IMG/VR virus record: IMGVR_UViG_3300016464_000391
Location: 1 to 40,594 of that record
Length of the DNA stretch: 40,594 nucleotides
Origin: a virus
Lineage: Duplodnaviria > Caudoviricetes
Reading direction: 5' to 3' (one strand)
The notes beneath the pieces are model-generated. The model saw only the letters and a program-made list of their open reading frames with translations. It was not told the origin of the DNA and made no database searches. Of the stretch, positions 26,282 to 34,129 are shown piece after piece (the first letter of the stretch is position 1; each line of letters begins with the position of its first letter). Made by a program: the position numbers and the translations under genes.

Positions 26282-29200
26282 ATGAACATACTGGAACTTG
26301 ACTCTTATAACCTTGCTGACGCTGTGAAATTCAATGATCAGCTGAACCCACGCATTTGGCAAGGTCAAAACATGCGTCCCGAAGTGCGTGAAAAGCTGCT
26401 GGCGATTGCTGCTGACTTCAAAGAGTTCTTGGGCTTGTCAGATCTAGAAGTCAAAGACATCACAGTAAGTGGTTCAAATGCTGCTTACACATATACCCCA
26501 CAGTCGGATATTGACCTGCACCTAGTGGTTGATATTCCACGTGCTGATTCTGACGAAGTCTATCGTGAGTTGTTTGATGCCAAGAAGTATCAATACAACG
26601 ACATGCACAACATCAAAATTGGCGGCTACGACGTTGAACTCTATGTAGAAAACGCCAACAAGCCTCCAGTGAGCCAAGGTGTGTTTTCAGTGATGAACGA
26701 TGACTGGATCAACATTCCACGCCAAAGAAAAGCCACAGTAGACGACGATGCTGTTCGCAGCAAATATGAAGATATCAAACACAGAATTGATGCTGCTATA
26801 GACAGCAATGACATTGAAAAAGTCAACACACTGGCCAAAAAAATCAAAGCCTATCGCCAGGCTGGTCTTGATGCACACGGCGAGCTGGGGCCTGAAAATC
26901 TTGCCTACAAAATGTTGCGCAATCAAGGCTATATCGAAAAACTCTACAAGGCACGTGCCGATGCCAAAGATCGCGAACTCAGTTTGGCTGAACAAAATCG
27001 TGAGAAGAAGCCTGTTGTTTATGGATTCAAAAGTGTGGCGGAAGATGTTTCCAACACACCCGACGGTGTAAGTCCCAGCACCAAGATGTTCTTGAGTGAA
27101 AAGGATGTGCCCAATCATACTGAAATTATTTTTGACTTCATGCGTTTTGTAGTGCATGAATTAGAATTGCACAATGTTCCCAAACTAAAGATACGCAAAG
27201 ATCCACAGTGGAGTGTGATCAACAAGAGTTTTGGTCGCTACAGAGATGACCTAGGACAAATTGATTTGGCCACAGGCAATAGACATATCATGGATGTGTT
27301 GCGTACCTTGGCACACGAACTACAACATCGCAAACAAGACGAGCGTGAGCACATGCCACCCAATGCTGGAGAAACTGGCTCGCCCTACGAGAATGAAGCT
27401 CATGCGGTAGCCGGCGTGCTGATGCGTAAGTATGCTGACCTGCATCCTGAATACTTTGAAGATGTTCCTGTAAACGAAGCATCTGGTTATATTCCTACCC
27501 GAGCACAGGCCAAGGATCCACGTTTCAAGATGGCATTAACTGTTGATGTGCGTCCAGGTCAGACTGGCTGGGAAGCCAACAAGATGGCACTGAAAACCAA
27601 TAGCCAAGGCAAGCCTGCATTGTTGATCAAGTCGGCGAACATGATTGGTGAAGCAGCTAAATCCAAGAGCTATGGTTATGGCTCCACGCCACTGAGTCAA
27701 GTACCCGGCGAGCAAGAAGATGACCTAGGCAATCAAGAAGCCACAGGTCCTGAGTTTCCTCCCCAAATGCCAGCAGGTACAACCAAAATTGATGTCAGTG
27801 ATTTAACAGATTGGTATCGTCTGGGAATGGATATCTCAGACTTAGATGATGCCGATCCCGCAGACTACAACCAAGGTCCTCCACAGACAGTTATTGTGTT
27901 CCCTAGCGACGAAGCTGAACAAGGTTATCTCAAGCAGTTTAAACGCCTTGGATTGAAAACACACGACTTAGATCCCGATGTCGAAGGTGGCGAAGATGTC
28001 AAGGGCAAGCACTTGCACAAGGCCTTGGCCGAGGAATTACAATCATTCAAAGAACAAGACTTGTTTGAAATCAAAATGACCGGAAAGAACTTGGCCAAAC
28101 TAGCCAGCGACATCAAAGGTGTCAAAGTTGGCTTAGAGTTTGAAATGATTGTGCCCGATGCTACAGTTGAGGATGATGGCGACATGGAGCCTGACTACGA
28201 TCAAGATGAACGTGTGCGAGACATCGATGACGCCGTGGAGTTTTTTGATGACGGAGACTACAATGGTCGTGCAGACTTACGCAGACTCCGCGACGCCATG
28301 CAAGAAGCATACTGGGAATGGAAGTCAGAAAAACTTGATTATGATTGGTATAACGGCGACGGCTTTGACTATTTTAGAGAGTGGTTAGAAGGCAATGACC
28401 CGTTTGACGAAGAAGACGCCGAACAAGAAGCTCGCAATGAATTACAAGCACAGTATGGTGATGAACTCAGCGGCGAAGAATTTGACCAAATGCTGAATGC
28501 TTTGATTGATGAAAAGCGTGACGCCTATGTTCAAGAACAGTGGGATGATCAAAGTGGAAACTTTGATGATGCTAGACAAGAATATGAAGACGACCACAGA
28601 TACGACTATGACGAAAGCGACTGGCTTCGTGATCAAGGTATTACCTATGCGTCCGATGTTGAAAGCAATTTTGGCTATGTGACCTGGCCTTATTACAGAA
28701 GCAACAGCAGCGATGAAGAAGCTGACATTGAGCGTATTGCCCTAGAGTTTATGAATGACTCCGGCTTGCCTTATGACTCAGTGGCTGTGAGTTCTAGCTA
28801 CCACGGCAACTACAAAAAATGGGTAGGCAATGGCTGGGTTTCAGTTGGATCTGAAAAACCCGACGATTGCTTCTCAATTGAGCCCGACGGCAGTTTGGAT
28901 GGCAATAGCTCCAGTGATGTTGGCCTAGAATTTGTTAGCCCGCCTATTCCATTGGAACAAGTTGGCGATGTAATGGCCAAGGTTCAGCAGTGGGCAGCAG
29001 CCAATGGCGTCTATACTGGCAAGAACAACAAAACATCTATTCACACCAATATTTCAATTCCAGGATATTCAATTGAAAACTTAGATTACTTGAAAGCAGC
29101 ATTGTTGTTAGGTGACGAGTATGTGTTGCGTCAATTTGATCGCATTGGCAACACCTATGCCAAACCTGCCATTGAAAAAGTCAAGCAGATAGTAAATCAA

Positions 29201-31165
29201 AAGCCAGAAAAGGCACAAGAGCTGTTGGACAAGATGAAGTCGCAGCTCAACGCCGCTGCATCAAAATTGATCCACTCGGGAATTACAGACAAATTTACCA
29301 GTATCAACACCAAGGGCAATAGAATTGAATTCCGCTCACCCGGCGGCGACTATCTCAGCGACATTGCAGACAATCCCAAGAAAATGCAAGACACAATCAA
29401 TCGTATGGTTGTGGCCATGGATGCTGCCATGGATCCCAACAAGTATAAAGAAGAGTATCAAAAGAAACTCTACAAAGTCTTGACTAGTCAAACATTTGGC
29501 CGTGAAGCAAAAACTGGTGCCAAGCAGGAACCAAAGAAAGATACCGACGACTTGCTAAACATCTTTAGTCGTTACGCTGCAGGTGAATTGCCCAAAGCAG
29601 CACTAAAGAGTTTTGTTCGCCAAGCACAGACTGAGCGTAAACTTGCCAAAGGCGACATGGGCGGCGAAAAGTTCTGGTGGAATGTAAAATACAATGACCA
29701 ACGCATGGAAGTTGTTGCTACTAATAAGAAAGAAGCCAAAGAAGTTGCTGCCAAAGAGTGGGGACTGACCGCTGCACAAGCAGATACAATTACCAGCAAT
29801 GCTATTACTGTGTTGCGTCCCTATGATGATTCACCAATCAAAGCACAAGTGGGAGAACCCCAGCCAGTGGGCCCTAACCACAACTGGGCCATTAGACGTC
29901 GTGGCAGCGGAGAAATTGTTAGAACATTCTACGCAGATGATTATATGACTGCTCACCGTGTTCTCCAACAATACAAACTTGACCACAACATCACTGACGA
30001 CAGTTTGACCTACGGTCCTTACAATCGCGAGGATCAGCAGCCAGCACAACAACCACAAGCTCCGCAATACGAATTGTATAATCATGTCACAGATCAAGTG
30101 ATTGACACTTTCCCTGCACAAAACGATGAACAGGCACGAACACGATTACGAGACTATATCAACTACGGTGAAGGTCAATCTGCCCCTGGAGACTTTGCTG
30201 TTCGCCGTGCTCCTGTTCCTGGATCTACACTAGACCTACAACGCCAACGAGCAGCACAACAATCACAACAATCTGAGTATGCAATGTATCGTATCAGTGA
30301 TGGCCGTGATGTGTTGGCACCAGCTGGTAATCCTATTGTATTCCGTGCCGATAGTCCCGAAGACGCTGAAAGCAAGATTGCACGTTATGCCGCAGACTTT
30401 AACTTAGGTGCTCCTGAGTTGTTTGCTGTTCGTGCTGTGTTGAATGTTCCACAAGCACAACAATCTGCACAACCGAATCAAGGCAACTGGGGCATCTGGA
30501 TCAACGAACTCGGGAGATTTGCTAACCAGCCCGGCACATACGCAAGAGGTGCCGATGTACCATTGTATAGATTCCCAAGTCAGGCGGCTGCTGAATCTTG
30601 GTTAGAACAACAACGTGCTGAGCGTGTTGGCCTGCGAAGAGACATTGAAGTTCGTGAAATTGAACCCACAAGAACACCAGTAGCAGATATCGATCTGTTC
30701 CCTGACATGGACACAGACTTGGCTCGCGCTCGGGCTGCTGATGCAGCCCGAACTGAATACATAATCTTTAACATGAACGACCGCAGCCAACTCACAGGAT
30801 TTAGAGCGGCCAATCAAGCAGAGGCTGAAAGAGAAGCAGAATCTATCCTGCGAGATTTAAACTTAGATCCTGATCAGTATGATGTTCGCGAAAGAAATGC
30901 AAGACCAATAGGTTCACAAGGCGGAATCATCAACACTGCCAACGAACCCACCACAGGCAGTGAAGTAGGTCAGACATACAATCCGTCAGGCACAGGATCG
31001 TTTACTGGACAGTGGTTGGTGTTAGATCCAAACAACAGAGTAATTTATAGATTTGGTGGTGTAGGCAATTCACAAAGTGATGCCAACCGTATTGCCATGG
31101 CGTGGTTGCAACAGAATCCTCGCCAAATGGTAGATGGTGTCACTGTAGCACCGGAGATGGGCTAA
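26282..31165 (+). CDS. 1627-aa multidomain protein: Pol-beta-type nucleotidyltransferase, HExxH metallopeptidase-like domain, amidoligase (glutamine synthetase-fold) domain and C-terminal repeats
   Basis: GS...SDIDLH..VELY; LAHELQH...E; VGLEFE, IEPDGSL, LEFVSP, SIHTNIS, IEFRSPG; junctions at SVAE, LSE, VNE, LFE. Confidence 0.8.
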   Translation: MNILELDSYNLADAVKFNDQLNPRIWQGQNMRPEVREKLLAIAADFKEFLGLSDLEVKDITVSGSNAAYTYTPQSDIDLHLVVDIPRADSDEVYRELFDAKKYQYNDMHNIKIGGYDVELYVENANKPPVSQGVFSVMNDDWINIPRQRKATVDDDAVRSKYEDIKHRIDAAIDSNDIEKVNTLAKKIKAYRQAGLDAHGELGPENLAYKMLRNQGYIEKLYKARADAKDRELSLAEQNREKKPVVYGFKSVAEDVSNTPDGVSPSTKMFLSEKDVPNHTEIIFDFMRFVVHELELHNVPKLKIRKDPQWSVINKSFGRYRDDLGQIDLATGNRHIMDVLRTLAHELQHRKQDEREHMPPNAGETGSPYENEAHAVAGVLMRKYADLHPEYFEDVPVNEASGYIPTRAQAKDPRFKMALTVDVRPGQTGWEANKMALKTNSQGKPALLIKSANMIGEAAKSKSYGYGSTPLSQVPGEQEDDLGNQEATGPEFPPQMPAGTTKIDVSDLTDWYRLGMDISDLDDADPADYNQGPPQTVIVFPSDEAEQGYLKQFKRLGLKTHDLDPDVEGGEDVKGKHLHKALAEELQSFKEQDLFEIKMTGKNLAKLASDIKGVKVGLEFEMIVPDATVEDDGDMEPDYDQDERVRDIDDAVEFFDDGDYNGRADLRRLRDAMQEAYWEWKSEKLDYDWYNGDGFDYFREWLEGNDPFDEEDAEQEARNELQAQYGDELSGEEFDQMLNALIDEKRDAYVQEQWDDQSGNFDDARQEYEDDHRYDYDESDWLRDQGITYASDVESNFGYVTWPYYRSNSSDEEADIERIALEFMNDSGLPYDSVAVSSSYHGNYKKWVGNGWVSVGSEKPDDCFSIEPDGSLDGNSSSDVGLEFVSPPIPLEQVGDVMAKVQQWAAANGVYTGKNNKTSIHTNISIPGYSIENLDYLKAALLLGDEYVLRQFDRIGNTYAKPAIEKVKQIVNQKPEKAQELLDKMKSQLNAAASKLIHSGITDKFTSINTKGNRIEFRSPGGDYLSDIADNPKKMQDTINRMVVAMDAAMDPNKYKEEYQKKLYKVLTSQTFGREAKTGAKQEPKKDTDDLLNIFSRYAAGELPKAALKSFVRQAQTERKLAKGDMGGEKFWWNVKYNDQRMEVVATNKKEAKEVAAKEWGLTAAQADTITSNAITVLRPYDDSPIKAQVGEPQPVGPNHNWAIRRRGSGEIVRTFYADDYMTAHRVLQQYKLDHNITDDSLTYGPYNREDQQPAQQPQAPQYELYNHVTDQVIDTFPAQNDEQARTRLRDYINYGEGQSAPGDFAVRRAPVPGSTLDLQRQRAAQQSQQSEYAMYRISDGRDVLAPAGNPIVFRADSPEDAESKIARYAADFNLGAPELFAVRAVLNVPQAQQSAQPNQGNWGIWINELGRFANQPGTYARGADVPLYRFPSQAAAESWLEQQRAERVGLRRDIEVREIEPTRTPVADIDLFPDMDTDLARARAADAARTEYIIFNMNDRSQLTGFRAANQAEAEREAESILRDLNLDPDQYDVRERNARPIGSQGGIINTANEPTTGSEVGQTYNPSGTGSFTGQWLVLDPNNRVIYRFGGVGNSQSDANRIAMAWLQQNPRQMVDGVTVAPEMG

Positions 31166-31716
31166 TGCGAGCACAAGAGTTTATAAAAGAATCTGTAGAT
31201 GCTGACCAAGTGCTTGACTATGTAAAACGCACACATGCTCCTGATGAATTTGACATTGAATATTCTATTACTGATCATCCTCGGTGGGAGTTGAAGAACA
31301 TTCCCTTATCACAATTGAAACTGGATCCCGATGGTGAAGAGCGTGATCCTTACAACCGTGTGAACTGGGTTGATTATGATGTTGTCGACGAGTTGATGCC
31401 CAAGATTGCATCGGTATTAAAGGCCAAGCCCATTGTGGTTGACTCGCAAGGTTGGATCATCGACGGCAATCATCGTGCCACTGCCGCGGCAGAAGCAGGC
31501 CTAAAATCTGTGCCTGCGTATGTGCCTGCCAACGTAAATGAAAACTTCGCAGATGGCAAAGTCCGGGGCAAAAGCCGTCCAGGGCGTGTGAAACGTGCAG
31601 GTGCAAGTTGTGCAGGATCTGTCACAGACCTACGTGCCAAGGCTCGCAAATACGGTGGCGAGCGGGGCAAGATGTACCATTGGTGTGCTAATATGAAGGG
31701 CGGTAAGAAAAAATGA
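31165..31716 (+). CDS. CTS-like start, ParB/Srx-like domain and basic C-terminal peptide
   Basis: MRAQEFIKE; PIVV...IIDGNHR..AA; VNE / NFADGK...; ATG 31165 in a TAATG overlap. Confidence 0.75.
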   Translation: MRAQEFIKESVDADQVLDYVKRTHAPDEFDIEYSITDHPRWELKNIPLSQLKLDPDGEERDPYNRVNWVDYDVVDELMPKIASVLKAKPIVVDSQGWIIDGNHRATAAAEAGLKSVPAYVPANVNENFADGKVRGKSRPGRVKRAGASCAGSVTDLRAKARKYGGERGKMYHWCANMKGGKKK

Positions 31717-32117
31717 GAAACTTTATTAACTTAATCGAAGCTATGGAAAAGGGCTGTCCGCCTGCTACACAAAGCATTGAGCTTAACTTGAAAAATCGTC
31801 AAAAAGCCATTGACGAATATCACTATGGGCCACTAAACCCCAATGAGCCCAATGAAGAATACTGGGCCGAGCTAGCTGACAAATGGAACACCGATGATAT
31901 CGAATCAGTAAAACAAAACCGCTGCGGCAACTGTGCTGCCTTTGACATCTCAGAAGACATGCTAGACTGTATTGCCCGTGGCATTGGCGAAGAGCCAGGA
32001 TCAGATCCACATGACACCATTGACGCTGGTCAATTGGGCTACTGCAAGTTTTTGAAATTCAAATGTGCAGCCAAACGCACCTGCGACGCTTGGGTAGAAG
32101 GTGGCCCTGTGCGATGA
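31713..32117 (+). CDS. Cys-rich hypothetical protein with CTS-like start
   Basis: MRNFINLIE; CGNC...GYC...C...CDAW. Confidence 0.7.
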   Translation: MRNFINLIEAMEKGCPPATQSIELNLKNRQKAIDEYHYGPLNPNEPNEEYWAELADKWNTDDIESVKQNRCGNCAAFDISEDMLDCIARGIGEEPGSDPHDTIDAGQLGYCKFLKFKCAAKRTCDAWVEGGPVR

Positions 32118-32308
32118 AATCTCGAGAAGTAGTTCCAAAAACAAAGAGTCTGCTGTGGACTGCTTCTGTGCGTATTCAGCACCCAAACTACGTGGGCAGA
32201 ATTGACGTCACAGTCACAGCCAATAACGCCAATCAAGCACGTCAATTGATGAAAGCACAGTATGGCGTTGAAGACTGGCATATAGGCAGCATACGACAGG
32301 TCAAATAA
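32114..32308 (+). CDS. Hypothetical protein
   Basis: ATGA overlap at 32114; V.VTANNANQARQL resembles the repeats in the 1627-aa protein. Confidence 0.65.
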   Translation: MKSREVVPKTKSLLWTASVRIQHPNYVGRIDVTVTANNANQARQLMKAQYGVEDWHIGSIRQVK

Positions 32309-32348
32309 CCAATCCATCGCTGGGCGATTGTAATAGCTAAATATATCT

Positions 32349-32642
32349 ATGACCCGGCATTTCATTAGAGTTTTGTTTGATGTTCATTGCGATTGGCAAG
32401 GGCCCGCCCCTGATTATCGTGTGTTTGTCAACGACGAGCTGTTCACTGAACGCACATTCAACTTCACTGATGCTTACTTAGAAGAAATGCTGCAAATTGA
32501 AGCCCCCGAAGGCAATTACAAAATACACTGCGAGATTGTGCCGCCGGCATTTGCTCATTTACGTGTGGAAAACATGAGAGTGGACTATGGCCCTGGATCA
32601 ATCAAGGGCAACACATTAAGGATCAGAAATGAGATGGCGTGA
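32349..32642 (+). CDS. Hypothetical protein
   Basis: TAAATA at 32338-43, 5 nt before the ATG. Confidence 0.7.
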   Translation: MTRHFIRVLFDVHCDWQGPAPDYRVFVNDELFTERTFNFTDAYLEEMLQIEAPEGNYKIHCEIVPPAFAHLRVENMRVDYGPGSIKGNTLRIRNEMA

Positions 32643-32835
32643 AATTGTAGAATCAACAGGAGTAACCTGTGCAGGTAATATGGCAGTAGTAACGCAGCCT
32701 ATGGGCATGATCTCAAGATCAGGCGGGAACTTGATGTCAGGTAAATATACAACGGACCCTACGCCTAACACGCCAAGGGAATATAAAAGGAATAAAAATG
32801 CTCGCGGACAGTTTAAAAACTCTATTGGCAACTGA
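32629..32835 (+). CDS. Small protein with CTS-like start
   Basis: MRWREIVE / STG...; overlaps both neighbours. Confidence 0.55.
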   Translation: MRWREIVESTGVTCAGNMAVVTQPMGMISRSGGNLMSGKYTTDPTPNTPREYKRNKNARGQFKNSIGN

Positions 32836-33241
32836 ATATGCTTTTGTAATCAAAGCACAATTTTTTCACTGGAACGTAGAAGGCCCTGACTTTGCTCAGT
32901 TGCACGAATTCTTTGGCGAGCTGTATAAAGAAGTCTACGATAATAGTATTGACAAGACAGCAGAATATATCCGCACACTGGATGATTATGCGCCCGGTAG
33001 TTTTGAACGTTTCTTAGAACTATCCGCTATTACAGGACAGACCAAAGTGCCCCGAGCACGACTCATGATTGAAGAGTTACTGGCCAACAACATGCAAATG
33101 ATTGACTTGCTGAATGAAACCTTTGCTGTGGCTGAACAAGAAAACCAACAAGGTATTGCTAACTTTATAGCAGAACGCATCGATGCTCATGGCAAACATG
33201 GCTGGATGCTGAGAAGTTTCTTGAAAGACCAGAGAGCATAA
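32798..33241 (+). CDS. dps: Dps-family DNA-protecting ferritin-like protein
   Basis: FHWNVEG..F..LH..F..LY, D..AE.IR, C-terminal H.K..WML. Confidence 0.93.
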   Translation: MLADSLKTLLATEYAFVIKAQFFHWNVEGPDFAQLHEFFGELYKEVYDNSIDKTAEYIRTLDDYAPGSFERFLELSAITGQTKVPRARLMIEELLANNMQMIDLLNETFAVAEQENQQGIANFIAERIDAHGKHGWMLRSFLKDQRA

Positions 33242-33242
33242 T

Positions 33243-34115
33243 ATGAGTGATTCAATGCATGACATCGTCAAACGACTGGCCATCCTGGAAGGGCGTATTA
33301 CACCTGCAGAACCGCAGGGTAGTCAAAACCCACAGCAAAAGTCAGTGCATCAACTGCCTGCGCTGTTCAAGCCCGGCAAGGGCGGCCCTATATTAGGCGG
33401 CAATCCCAACAAGCCTGCTGTGACCAAAGGCTATTTTGTTGGTGCTGAGTCTGAAGAGCGGGACGAAGAGGCCCTAGAAGAAGCACAGGCCAACGAAGAA
33501 AAGTTGTTGGACAAAGTCAAGAAAAGTTTTATTGACTACTTGGATTCAGTAGAAGATACTGTTGCTAAAAAGAAGGATCGAGATATTGGGGACCGTCCTG
33601 CTGCTCGAGACATTGGTAAAAAAGCCAAGGATCGTGATTTGATGTCCAATGCCGACGAACTCGAAGAAGAACAACTTGATGAGTTTTTACCAGCACTGGG
33701 CGCTATTGCTGGAAGAGCACTAGTTAGTGCAGAAGCCGGAGCACTAACTCGCGGATTAGCTGGCGCAGCTGGTCATGCTGTAGGGTCGGCTGCACAAGAT
33801 GCATTGGCTGCATCTGATGACGAAATCAATGAGGATCCCACACAGTCCGAACCCGCACCAGATACACCAGCAGCACAGATACAAGAACCCACTTATGCTG
33901 CTCAACCCAGTGCGCCGATCAAAACAATTACACTAGAAGATGGTCGCATCTGTGAAATTCACGGCGATGAACACACAGGATTTGAAATTCGTCACGGCAA
34001 TAGAAAGTTGCCCAGTCGCTTTAGAAATTTAGACCATGCCACTATGGCCATGGAAATGTACCAAGCACGTTGCAAAACACAAGATCTGTCCGCAGACTAC
34101 GTTGACGAAGCCTAA
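33243..34115 (+). CDS. Acidic modular protein, probably virion-internal
   Basis: Repeated ILE/LEE/LDE/INE junctions; ends DYVDEA. Confidence 0.7.
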   Translation: MSDSMHDIVKRLAILEGRITPAEPQGSQNPQQKSVHQLPALFKPGKGGPILGGNPNKPAVTKGYFVGAESEERDEEALEEAQANEEKLLDKVKKSFIDYLDSVEDTVAKKKDRDIGDRPAARDIGKKAKDRDLMSNADELEEEQLDEFLPALGAIAGRALVSAEAGALTRGLAGAAGHAVGSAAQDALAASDDEINEDPTQSEPAPDTPAAQIQEPTYAAQPSAPIKTITLEDGRICEIHGDEHTGFEIRHGNRKLPSRFRNLDHATMAMEMYQARCKTQDLSADYVDEA

Positions 34116-34129
34116 GAAAGAATTTACAC

